Shown here one piece after another: positions 18,080 to 26,699 of a stretch of DNA of 64,000 nt (the first letter of the stretch is position 1; the number at the start of each line of letters is the position of its first letter). The DNA lies in NCBI GenBank assembly GCA_963726785.1, contig CAVSDJ010000003.1, positions 345,878-409,877 of the forward strand, in the 5' to 3' direction. Under the pieces are notes generated by a model. That model did not search any database. It worked only from the letters and a program-made list of their open reading frames with translations, and had not been told where the DNA came from. The DNA comes from Blastocatellia bacterium. Its GTDB lineage: Bacteria > Acidobacteriota > Blastocatellia > UBA7656. The position numbers were made by a program, and so were the translations under genes.

Positions 18080-18505
18080 GTGGCTCGAAAAGAGAACGTG
18101 AAACTGACGAAATTCGAACTGGAGATCATGCATGCGCTGTGGGAGCTTGGCAGCGCGTCCGTGAGAGAGATTCAGGAACAGTTGCCGGAAAAGAAGCGCC
18201 CGGCATATACGACCGTGCAGACAATCGTGCGGCGGCTTGAAGAGAAAGGCGCGGTGCGCAAGTTGAAAAAAATCGGTAACGCCTTTGTCTTCGAGCCTGT
18301 GGTGACGCGCAAGTCCGCGCACTTCCGACTCATCAATGAGTTGTTGGATTTATTCGGCGGCTCTGCGCGGCCTTTGATGGCGCATCTGGCCGAAGCCGGT
18401 AAGTTGAGCCTTGAGGATGTGCGAGAGATGGAGAACATGCTGGCCCGTCAAAACGCGCAAAAGAACGAAAGCGACGACGACGAACGGCGCGCGAAAAAGC
18501 GTTGA
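18080..18505 (+). CDS. BlaI/MecI/CopY-family transcriptional repressor
   Basis: ORF 18074..18505. The GTG at 18080 is better spaced from GAGAGG. Winged-helix N-terminus LTKFELEIMHALWELGSASVREIQEQL...YTTVQTIVRRLEEKG. Followed by an M56 sensor gene. Confidence 0.85.
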   Translation: MARKENVKLTKFELEIMHALWELGSASVREIQEQLPEKKRPAYTTVQTIVRRLEEKGAVRKLKKIGNAFVFEPVVTRKSAHFRLINELLDLFGGSARPLMAHLAEAGKLSLEDVREMENMLARQNAQKNESDDDERRAKKR

Positions 18506-18549
18506 ACGTCGCTCCGGGTGTAAGTCCGATTGAAAGGAACGATCTGGCG

Positions 18550-20631
18550 ATGAGCTTTCACGACATAACAGCTCGCTGGTCAGAGTGGGGCTGGCCCTTG
18601 ATCGCAAATCATCTGTGGCAAGCGACACTCGTATTTTTGTTCGCCCTGGCTGCCGCGCAATTGCTTAAACGAGGAGTGGCGAGGGCGCGCTATATCATCT
18701 GGCTCATCGCTTCTTTGAAGTTCGTCGTGCCCTCAGTCCTGATTGTCTTCCTGATGAGCCAAGCCGGTATCAAGTTCCCTCCTCTGTTTGACCGGGCAGC
18801 GCCGCCCGGCAGCGTGGCCGTGATTTACAAAGTTGCCGAGCCAGTATTGCAAAACGAAGAGTCGCCTGTTACATCAGCCGAGTTTGTGCGCAGTCACAAT
18901 GAAATCTACTGCGCGATGACCGCCGTTTGGTTTACAGGCTCGGCTGTATTTTTTGGGATGTGGTGGAGAAGGCGACGGCATTTTTCGATTGCGATTCGCG
19001 CGGGCAAAGTGATGAGCGCAGGGAGAGAATTTGAGACTCTGGAGCGCGTTCGCGAATGGCTTGCGGTCAAGCGGCCTGTCAAATTGGCGCTCACGCCGAA
19101 ACTCATAGAGCCGGGCGTGTGGCGCGTCTGGCGTCCCGTAGTGGTGCTGCCTCGCGAGATGCCAAATCATTTGACCGATGGCGAGCTTGAAGCGGTGATG
19201 ATGCACGAGATGATTCACATCGCGCGATACGACAACCTCGCAAACAGCATTCAGATGTGTTTCTGCTGCCTGCTGTGGTTCCACCCCATCGTCTGGCTCA
19301 TTGATCGAAAGCTGTTGGCCGAGCGCGAGCAGGCTTGCGACGAGTTAGTCATAGAGATGAGCGGCGCGTCAAAGGTTTATGCTTCGAGCCTCTTAAAAGT
19401 TTTCCGCTTTTGCTTAGGCTCAAAAGTGGCTGGCGTATCCTACGCTACAGGCTCGAATTTGCGAAGGAGGATTGAGCAAATCATGGCTGAGAACACGGAT
19501 AGAAAATTCACCCTGTCGCATAGAATGCTGATCGCGGCAATCGCGGCAATAGTGATCGTCTTTTCAGTTGCTGCCGGACTGTTCAGCCGCGCAAGTTTTG
19601 CGGCGCAGAAGAGTAGCAGCAACATAATTGAATCAGGCGGCCCGGCTGGCGGCGTTCCCGGTGGTATTGCTGGTGGAGTTCCCGGCGGCGTGCCGGGCGG
19701 AGTTACCGGCGGCGTTTCAGGTGGTGTACCCGGCGGCATTCCCGGTGGGATTCCGGGCGAAGAAGGTCAGCGAAGACAGATGCCCCCGCCTCCACCTCCG
19801 CCTATGTCTCGACTTTCACAGTCCGAACTTGAAGCATTAGAGCAGGCTCCTGAAACTACGGCACATTTCACAAATCGCGATGATACGCCGCTTACAATCA
19901 CCGGCTTGAAAATAAAGTGGGTAGAAGTTGCAGGAATCCCTTCGGGTGAAAGACCACCGACAAGCTATTACGTGCTAAAGCCGACAATCACGATGGTCAA
20001 CAACACAGACCGGCGAATCACAGGCTTTAAGTTGCGACTCATAATCAAAGGGTCGAGGTTCTTTTTCATAACACACAAATCGGGGTTGCAGATCGAGCCG
20101 CGCGAGACATTCACATTAGGCGGGTCAGCGGACGATACTGTTTTTTACACGAGTAAGCCGGACAGTCCTGAATCTCCAGTTGCCGAAATCCTTGGCGTTA
20201 TGTTTGCGGATAGAGGGCTGTGGGGTGATTACCTGACTCCGCCGCCTCCGCGCGGCGAGTCTGCTGATGCCTTGAAAGTTCCATTTACGTTACCTGACTC
20301 CTCGACGCCTCCTCCGGCTTCAAGCAGCGATTTGATTGATGGAGCTAAGACCATTCGCAAAGCTGGCGGCATGCTTATGTCCTCGGCTATAAAGCGCGTG
20401 AATCCTGAATACCCGGAGATTGCCAGAGCTGCGCGGGTGAGCGGCGCAGTCTCTGTCGAAATAATAATCAATGAACAAGGCGTCGTTTCATCTGTGCGCG
20501 CAATCTCAGGCCATCCACTATTGCAGAGTGCGGCGGTCGCGGCGGCTCGCCAGTGGGAGTTCCCTCCGACGACTCTGGAGGGCGAGCCGGTTCGCGTCAT
20601 CGGAACAATTACTTTCAACTTTCAACCTTAA
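18550..20631 (+). CDS. BlaR1-type M56 metallopeptidase sensor fused to a TonB C-terminal domain
   Basis: ORF 18502..20631 (TTG overlapping the blaI stop, or ATG 18550). N-terminal TM segments with LWQATLVF, HEMIH zinc motif, a GGVPGG-type Gly/Pro repeat, and a C-terminal TonB_C-like segment PEYPEIARAARVSGAVSVEIIINEQGVVSSVRAISGHPLLQSAAVAAARQWEFPP. Confidence 0.8.
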   Translation: MSFHDITARWSEWGWPLIANHLWQATLVFLFALAAAQLLKRGVARARYIIWLIASLKFVVPSVLIVFLMSQAGIKFPPLFDRAAPPGSVAVIYKVAEPVLQNEESPVTSAEFVRSHNEIYCAMTAVWFTGSAVFFGMWWRRRRHFSIAIRAGKVMSAGREFETLERVREWLAVKRPVKLALTPKLIEPGVWRVWRPVVVLPREMPNHLTDGELEAVMMHEMIHIARYDNLANSIQMCFCCLLWFHPIVWLIDRKLLAEREQACDELVIEMSGASKVYASSLLKVFRFCLGSKVAGVSYATGSNLRRRIEQIMAENTDRKFTLSHRMLIAAIAAIVIVFSVAAGLFSRASFAAQKSSSNIIESGGPAGGVPGGIAGGVPGGVPGGVTGGVSGGVPGGIPGGIPGEEGQRRQMPPPPPPPMSRLSQSELEALEQAPETTAHFTNRDDTPLTITGLKIKWVEVAGIPSGERPPTSYYVLKPTITMVNNTDRRITGFKLRLIIKGSRFFFITHKSGLQIEPRETFTLGGSADDTVFYTSKPDSPESPVAEILGVMFADRGLWGDYLTPPPPRGESADALKVPFTLPDSSTPPPASSSDLIDGAKTIRKAGGMLMSSAIKRVNPEYPEIARAARVSGAVSVEIIINEQGVVSSVRAISGHPLLQSAAVAAARQWEFPPTTLEGEPVRVIGTITFNFQP

Positions 20632-20669
20632 TCTGTAATCGCTTTCGAGCGAGCGCAGAAAAACAAATA

Positions 20670-20720
20670 GCGGCGTGTCGAATCATTTCTGTTTCCATCA
20701 GAAATGATTCAGCACGCCGC
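20670..20720. terminator. Bidirectional hairpin between convergent genes
   Basis: gcggcgtgtcgaatcatttctg pairs with cagaaatgattcagcacgccgc (22-nt arms, 2 mismatches). Confidence 0.65.
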
Positions 20721-20744
20721 TAGTAGTTTTCAGTCAGTCACGCC

Positions 20745-21917
20745 TTAAACCGGATTTGTGAATACCAGTTTCGGCATTATCAGCTTGAGAGGAGGTATGC
20801 TGATGTTAGGAGGGCGAACCGGCATAACATGAATTTCCGGTATCGCAACCGGAGCTATTTTAATCGGAGCAATTGTGATCGGAGCCATTGGAACCATTGG
20901 AGCAATTCTTATAGGAGCTATGCGAACTGCCGGAACAGCAATGCGAGGCATCGGAGCAAAGGGCGGCATCGGCGGAATTTCAATCTGCAATGGTTCGAGG
21001 TCAATCAGCGGCACTTCAACGATGATTTCGCCGGAGTCATCAAAGTCGTCAGGCGAGATGAAGAAAGAATTGGGTTCAGCTTTCTCAAGCTGAATGGTGA
21101 AGGTTCGTTCCTGCCTGTCGCGCATCACTCTCACTTCGGTCGGGCCTTCGGATTTTGATCTCAGAACCTGATGTACTTTAACAGGGCTTTCAACGGTCTC
21201 GCCTCCTATGGAAAGAATCACGTCGCCCGCTTTGATACCGGCTTTCGCCGCCGCCGTATCTGGATGCACAAAGACAACGAGCGCGCCGTTGCGGCTTTTC
21301 AGTCCGAAGTACTCAGCCAGTTGAGGAGACATTCTTTGAAGCGATATTCCCATTCTGTAATTGCGTCCATCTCTGGTTCGGGCCACGGCTCGGCTTGCCT
21401 GCCTGACCTGATCTCTGGCTAGCCTGGCCTGTTCTCTAACTTGCCTGGCCTGCTCTCTGATTTGATCTCGCATCTGGCTTCTTTCGACTCTGTAGCGATT
21501 CCGGTACTCTCCACGGTCGCCCATCGTCACGTTCACTTCAATCTCGCGGCCATCGCGCACGACTCCGAGTTTCACGGCGCGGCCAACGGGAGTTTCGCGG
21601 ATATGACGCCCAAGCTGACCGGCAGATTCAATAGCTTCGCCGTTCCATTTGACTACCACATCGTCTTTTTGCAGTCCCGCTTTTGAGGCCGATGTGTCAG
21701 TGGTTACGTCAGTTATAAGCGCGCCACGCTCTTCGCGCAGTTTCAAACGCCCGACTACGTCGCTTGTGACTTCGGCCAGATCAACGCCCAGAAATCCGCT
21801 GCTCGAAAGCGTAACTCTTCGCGGGCGGTCATTTCGGTCTTGATCGGACTCTTTGGCGAACGCCGCAGAACTGCCAGCCAGCAGCACGGCTAAACAGAAA
21901 ATCAAACTGCGTTTCAT
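20745..21917 (-). CDS. Secreted protein with two PDZ domains and a Pro-rich periodic C-terminus
   Basis: Signal peptide MKRSLIFCLAVLLAGSSAAFA. Two PDZ-like segments (SKAGLQKDDVVVKWNGEAI; AKAGIKAGDVILSIGGETV). No protease domain seen. Confidence 0.7.
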   Translation of the reverse strand: MKRSLIFCLAVLLAGSSAAFAKESDQDRNDRPRRVTLSSSGFLGVDLAEVTSDVVGRLKLREERGALITDVTTDTSASKAGLQKDDVVVKWNGEAIESAGQLGRHIRETPVGRAVKLGVVRDGREIEVNVTMGDRGEYRNRYRVERSQMRDQIREQARQVREQARLARDQVRQASRAVARTRDGRNYRMGISLQRMSPQLAEYFGLKSRNGALVVFVHPDTAAAKAGIKAGDVILSIGGETVESPVKVHQVLRSKSEGPTEVRVMRDRQERTFTIQLEKAEPNSFFISPDDFDDSGEIIVEVPLIDLEPLQIEIPPMPPFAPMPRIAVPAVRIAPIRIAPMVPMAPITIAPIKIAPVAIPEIHVMPVRPPNISIPPLKLIMPKLVFTNPV

Positions 21918-21992
21918 AATGACTGGTTCCTCCTTAGTGAAGTGATGGTTAAGTAATTACTCGCGCGAGCAACCCGTATGGTTCCAAATAAT

Positions 21993-22790
21993 TTATCTGT
22001 CCGCCGCGCCTCTGATCGTGATGACCCCGTTGATGTGCGAGCCGCTGATCGGCGTTCCGCCTGTCCCTATCTGGCCTCGAAAACTCGAACGGCTAATCTT
22101 TTGAACGGACATATTGGACAAACTCGAATTGACAGTCCCGTTGAACATCTTCACATCGAGGTCAGCATTGACGCTGTCAAGAAATCGCAGGTTGATGTCG
22201 CCATTCATGTGTCGCATCTGAATGCCACGGTCGCCCAGTCGTTCGATAGTCAGAGCCATGTTGCCGTTTACATTGGAAAGCTCGGCAAAGCTGGCCGCGT
22301 GCCTGACTTCAAGGTCGCCGTTTATGTTGCCGAGATGCACAGGCCCATCCACTTCTCCGATGCGCGCGTTGCCGTTTATGTTTCTGACGGTGAGTTGGGA
22401 CGGGCGCGGCAGTTTCAATACTGCGCGATGGCGGACATGCACGTCATTTCGGACTTCATCGGGAGGCTCTTCGGTGTAGACGCGAAGGCTCGTCGGAGTG
22501 CTTTCGACTATTACTTTGCGATATTCAAGATCGGCTTTCGTTCGAGCGGAGCGTACAACGTAAACTTCAACCGTGTTGCCGTTGGTCGTCTCGATTTCAA
22601 GCGGGCCGTTTATGTTGCGAACTTCCACAGTCGAACCCGTCGCCAACTGATAGCTCTGCCGGAATTCGTCGCGCTCTGACCAATCGCCTTTATCGCGCCC
22701 CTTATCCTGAGCCGCGACCTGTGAAGAGTACGGCGCAATAAGCAATGCAACCATTACGCAAAATAATGCGATGAATGTCCTGACTTTCAT
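21993..22790 (-). CDS. DUF4097-family beta-strand-repeat protein (putative adhesin fold), paralog 1
   Basis: Signal peptide plus repeated xNGxI/V units (NINGPLEIETTNGN, NINGNARIGEVDGPVHLGNINGDLEV, NVNGNMAL, MNGDINL). RBS AAGGAG. Confidence 0.8.
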   Translation of the reverse strand: MKVRTFIALFCVMVALLIAPYSSQVAAQDKGRDKGDWSERDEFRQSYQLATGSTVEVRNINGPLEIETTNGNTVEVYVVRSARTKADLEYRKVIVESTPTSLRVYTEEPPDEVRNDVHVRHRAVLKLPRPSQLTVRNINGNARIGEVDGPVHLGNINGDLEVRHAASFAELSNVNGNMALTIERLGDRGIQMRHMNGDINLRFLDSVNADLDVKMFNGTVNSSLSNMSVQKISRSSFRGQIGTGGTPISGSHINGVITIRGAADR

Positions 22791-22823
22791 ATCCTGTCTC
22801 CTTCGTTTTTGTTCTTAATGCCT

Positions 22824-22853
22824 GTGAGTGGCGGCGCGGCGAAAAAGGTTTCA
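22824..22853 (-). promoter_or_regulatory. ECF-type promoter candidate (same motif as upstream of the ECF sigma gene)
   Basis: The minus strand reads TGAAACCTTTT-tcgccgcgc-CGCCAC-TCAC, ~30 nt upstream of ATG 22790. Site 32046..32075 reads TGAAACCTTTT-gggcgcgag-CGTCAC-TTAC with identical spacing. Confidence 0.5.
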
Positions 22854-22918
22854 GAAATATAGCAAGGCGAGTCAGGAAAGTTTCGCGCAGAGAAGCAAAG
22901 GCCGCAAAGACTTATTAG

Positions 22919-25390
22919 CTAAATGCTGCGCCGGAACAGGTAGGATGTCTTGATAAAAAACGTGCGCCCGTTACGGCGAAAACCCCGCTCGTGAAGGCCA
23001 GAGAATGGATTGAAGCCGTTGTAATTCAGCGTGTCGTTGTAGCCTACATAAAAAGACGTGCCGGGATTGGGCGTCCATCCCAGCAGGTACTGCCCGCGCA
23101 CGCTCGAATCAAGCGTATCGTAATCGAGTCGCACACGAACGAATGTGAAACGCGTGAACTGGTGGGTTGCGCGCAACGAAGTTATGTTGTCTATGAAAAC
23201 GGTTCGCCCCGTTTCATTGCGCGTGAATCGGTTTCTTCTATACTCAATCGAAGCGTTAAACGCATCGGTAAATTTGTATAAGCCTGCCACTTGCATATCG
23301 AAAGTGTTCGATGCGCCGGGGTCGAGCGGCGCGTCAGGGTCAATGAGCGCTGCCGGGCTGACGCGCGGGAAGCGCGGCCCCGCGCCAAAGTCGAAATCGA
23401 AAATATTCCAGCGATGTCCGACGAATCCTTCCAACGAAATTTTCTTCGTGGGAGTTATTTCCATGCTCAATGAAAGCGCCCTGCCGTGCAGCGACCGCTC
23501 GGAATCATTGCCGAAAAAAGCGCCCTGCCGCGTTGCTGTACGTTTCGGGCCGAACTCTTCTTCAAATATCCGCTCGTAGAAATCTGCATACTCCGTGCTG
23601 ATGCGAAGTTGTCTTGTGAATTGCAGGTTCAAACTGGTGAAAGCATTCGCTTCCTGCGAGCGGCCTTGCCAATCGAAATTCGTACTTAAGCCGCTGAAAT
23701 TAGTCCACCCGATGAAAGTGGATTTCGGCTTCGGGTCGGAGCTGAATCGAAAGAACGAGGCGTAGTTGTTAGTATTCGTGCGCGGAACGAAACCAACGTC
23801 CGCGCGGTAGTCGCGCGTGCGCCCCTGCCCCTGGATGAAGTACCCGAAATTGCGACCCGTATAATCAAGGTTCAAGTTATAGGCGACGGCGTTGCCTGCG
23901 CGATAGACATCCTTGTCCAGATCAGCATCGTAAAAGAAGCGGCGCGATGTGGTGCCGAGCATTTGAAAAGTGAAAACCGTCTTCTCGTCCAGCTTCAAGC
24001 GCCCGTCAATTCCGCCAAGCTGATTGTGCTTCTCTATAAAGTTGTAGCTAGTGGCTATCATACCGAGCGACGATTCTTTGCCAACATCGCGTTTGAATCT
24101 GAGCACGCCTATGTAGGCGTTCTTGTCCACGAATCTCGATATGTCTAAAAAGACGCTCGGGTCGTTCAGTTCTTCTTCAGAGAAATTGCCCGGCGCGTTG
24201 TCTGAGGCCAGCAACAAGCCGAACGAATTGCGACCGGTCTTGCCGCTGAGTTTCACTGCGTAATCGGGGTCAATTATCGTGCGCGTGTGGACTGCCTGAA
24301 TCGGCGTTTGAAAAATGTCTGCGCCTTCGAGGAAGAACGGTCGCTTTTCGGCAAAGAAAATCGGGAAGCGCTGATTAGCGGTCACGACGGGCTGGTCGGC
24401 TTCGACCTGCGCGAAATCGGGATTGGCCGTGAAATCGAGCGTCACGTTCGGCGTGATGCCGAGTTTTACGCTGATGCCGGGATCAGCTTTGATCGGCTTA
24501 TTGACGAATCGGCCATTGTCTATGACGTTTGGATTAGCGTCGAGAAAAGCTTGCGGATGAACCTTTACCCTGCGGCCTTCTTCGGAAAATGTGAGCGTTG
24601 GAATTATTTCAAGCGTGCGCTCGGTTGCGATGCCTTCAAGCCCAGTGATGTGCCCTTCCTGCTCAAGCTGGCTGGCTCTGCCGCGCACGATAGGCATCCA
24701 CGAGTCCAGTTCGTCGTCAAACCGGTCAATGTTGCGCCATAAATGAAGGCCCCACAATTTGCCTTTGCCCGCTTCGTAGCGGAGCGACTTGAAAGGGATT
24801 GCCACTTCGATGGTGTAGCCGTCTTCCGTGATGACGCCTTTCGAGTCCATCACCACATCAACGTTGTAATCAGCCTCGCCGCTTGAGGTCATTATGCCGT
24901 CCTGCTGAATGCCGAGCGGGTTGAAGGCCAGCACATAAGCCTTGCGCTTGTCATTAAAAGTGTCGAGAAAGACTCTGACATTATCTTCGTTAAGAACGTC
25001 GTCGCGGGTGGCAATAGTAGCGCGTACTTTAGACGGGTCATCGTATGCGCGAAAGGCCATGTATAGGAACTTCGAATCAAAGCCCATCATCACTTCGGTC
25101 GGCTTTGACGGCGCGATATTGTCGCCCGGATTTGTCTGGTAAAAATCTTTGAGGACAACTGCCGTTTTCCAAATCTCATCGTCGAGTTTGCCATCAATGG
25201 TAGGCGGATTCGCGAATCGCGGAATGACGACGGGGTGAGCTTTCTCTGGCGGGAGCACGATGGCAGAGGAGGATGATTTAGTCGTTGCTTTCGATTCGGC
25301 GGCAGGGCGCGCGGCGGAAGTTTGAGGAGCCTGAGCGCGAGCCGGGAGCGAACACAGCAACATTATAAAAATCAGCACTGCGTATTTCAT
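22919..25390 (-). CDS. Outer-membrane DUF5916 protein with N-terminal CBM9/DOMON-like domain
   Basis: 823 aa with a signal peptide. N-terminal segment PPTIDGKLDDEIWKTAVVLKDFYQTNPGDN...FLYMAFRAYD. Long beta-rich C-terminal region ending ...FFIKTSYLFRRSI. Confidence 0.7.
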   Translation of the reverse strand: MKYAVLIFIMLLCSLPARAQAPQTSAARPAAESKATTKSSSSAIVLPPEKAHPVVIPRFANPPTIDGKLDDEIWKTAVVLKDFYQTNPGDNIAPSKPTEVMMGFDSKFLYMAFRAYDDPSKVRATIATRDDVLNEDNVRVFLDTFNDKRKAYVLAFNPLGIQQDGIMTSSGEADYNVDVVMDSKGVITEDGYTIEVAIPFKSLRYEAGKGKLWGLHLWRNIDRFDDELDSWMPIVRGRASQLEQEGHITGLEGIATERTLEIIPTLTFSEEGRRVKVHPQAFLDANPNVIDNGRFVNKPIKADPGISVKLGITPNVTLDFTANPDFAQVEADQPVVTANQRFPIFFAEKRPFFLEGADIFQTPIQAVHTRTIIDPDYAVKLSGKTGRNSFGLLLASDNAPGNFSEEELNDPSVFLDISRFVDKNAYIGVLRFKRDVGKESSLGMIATSYNFIEKHNQLGGIDGRLKLDEKTVFTFQMLGTTSRRFFYDADLDKDVYRAGNAVAYNLNLDYTGRNFGYFIQGQGRTRDYRADVGFVPRTNTNNYASFFRFSSDPKPKSTFIGWTNFSGLSTNFDWQGRSQEANAFTSLNLQFTRQLRISTEYADFYERIFEEEFGPKRTATRQGAFFGNDSERSLHGRALSLSMEITPTKKISLEGFVGHRWNIFDFDFGAGPRFPRVSPAALIDPDAPLDPGASNTFDMQVAGLYKFTDAFNASIEYRRNRFTRNETGRTVFIDNITSLRATHQFTRFTFVRVRLDYDTLDSSVRGQYLLGWTPNPGTSFYVGYNDTLNYNGFNPFSGLHERGFRRNGRTFFIKTSYLFRRSI

Positions 25391-25684
25391 CCTCTAAAAC
25401 TCCCGGTATAATTTATTATTTGAAAAGCGGATGGCTCTTTCCTGCTGCAACTGACCGCCTTCAAGCGATTCTCTTTTTAGACGTATAGGGGCACGCGTTT
25501 GTTCCATTCTATGGACTCTATTACTTGTAACAATTTGTCTCTGCAAGAGACTGGGCACGAGGGCACTTCATAAAACGTTTTATGAGCAGGAAGTGTTACA
25601 TAATATTTAGGAAGTAATCCAGAAAGAAGACACGAAAGGTGGGAATTAAGTCACGAAAGGCTGTCCGTGCGGCGCGAGCGGCGA

Positions 25685-25777
25685 TTCACCGCAGAGACGC
25701 AGAGGACGCTGAGGTTACGCAGAGTTTTCATATCAACCTCTGCGCCTCCTCTGTGTCCTCTGCGTCTCTGCGGTGAA
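25685..25777. repeat. Palindromic intergenic element, family B (second copy)
   Basis: ttcaccgcagagacgcagaggac ... gtcctctgcgtctctgcggtgaa. Same terminal arms as 4835..4929. Confidence 0.85.
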
Positions 25778-25800
25778 CTGGCCCTGTGCCTTTTTTACAA

Positions 25801-26598
25801 TTAACCTGCCGACCCCGTTCGACCGAGTTTCAAGCTGCCGTTGATGCCTGTGACCACAATCGGGGTGCCGCCTGAGCCTATTTTCGCGCGGAAATTTTGG
25901 CGGCTGAACTTGCCCATCACCGTTACGTTGGCGACATCAGTATTCACGCTGCCGTTGATGCCCGTAACTTCGAGGTCAGCATTCAAGTCTTCGTTGAATC
26001 GAAGCTCGACGCCGCCGTTGACGCCGCTCACGCGAATGCCGCGCTCGCTCAGTTGCGAGATGTTTATTTTCACCTGGCCGTTGATGCCGGAAATATCCGA
26101 ATACCCGACGGCCTGCGCCACATCAACTTTGCCGTTGATGCCGCTTACACGCACAGGGCCATCTACTTCGCCGATGGTCGTTCGACCGTTGACGCCGCTC
26201 ACGTTGAGATCAACCTGGCGCGGCAGCTTGATCATCGCGCGCTGTCGAGTGTTGCGACCACTGGATTCCTTTTCATTTTCGCGGCGTATGATGAGACTGT
26301 TGGCCGTGTGCTCGACGATGATCCTGCCATAATTGAGGTCTTCGCGGCTTCGTGCAGAGCGAACGATGTGGACTTCGGCAGTGTTGCCGCTTGAAGTCTC
26401 GATGTCTACAGTGCCATTGATGCCTCTCACTTCGACGCGCGCACCCGCCGATAGCTGGTATGTTTGATTGATTTCGTCGCGCTCCGAATAATCGCTGTCA
26501 TCGCGATGATGTCGAGGCGAATCCTGGCCGAAAATCTGCGGCGCGAGTGCGAGTGTCATCAAAACAAGAATTGATAAAGCAGTCAGTCTTTTTTTCAT
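25801..26598 (-). CDS. DUF4097-family beta-strand-repeat protein, paralog 2
   Basis: ORF 25801..26646. ATG 26598 (MKKRLTALSILVLMTLALAPQIFG signal peptide) is preceded by GGAGGAG. Repeats include GINGTVDIETSSGN, GVNGRTTIGEVDGPVRVSGINGKVDV and GINGSVN. Confidence 0.8.
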   Translation of the reverse strand: MKKRLTALSILVLMTLALAPQIFGQDSPRHHRDDSDYSERDEINQTYQLSAGARVEVRGINGTVDIETSSGNTAEVHIVRSARSREDLNYGRIIVEHTANSLIIRRENEKESSGRNTRQRAMIKLPRQVDLNVSGVNGRTTIGEVDGPVRVSGINGKVDVAQAVGYSDISGINGQVKINISQLSERGIRVSGVNGGVELRFNEDLNADLEVTGINGSVNTDVANVTVMGKFSRQNFRAKIGSGGTPIVVTGINGSLKLGRTGSAG

Positions 26599-26699
26599 TC
26601 GGTGTCTCCTCCAAAATATGCGTTCCAGGTGTGAGTGCCGAATCAAGCCTCAAGGTTGCAGCGCCAGCAAGAAAATTAAGCGACGCCGACTTTCCGTCA

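Noticed and set aside
19640-19760. Tandem 12/15-nt repeat as a non-coding VNTR or minisatellite
   Set aside because: It is in frame within the BlaR1-TonB ORF and encodes a GGVPGG-type linker. It is reported as part of that gene instead.
21978-22679. 233-aa and 165-aa ORFs antisense to the DUF4097 genes (also 25897..26394)
   Set aside because: The repetitive beta-strand-repeat coding sequence keeps the opposite strand open. The sense-strand proteins have signal peptides, RBSs and family repeats, and the antisense ones have none.
25479-25505. GGAAC-N17-CGTCT ECF-like promoter upstream of the DUF5916 gene (minus strand)
   Set aside because: It resembles generic ECF promoters. Its -35 block and spacing differ from the matched pair at 32046..32075 and 22824..22853, and it is a single occurrence, so it could easily be chance.
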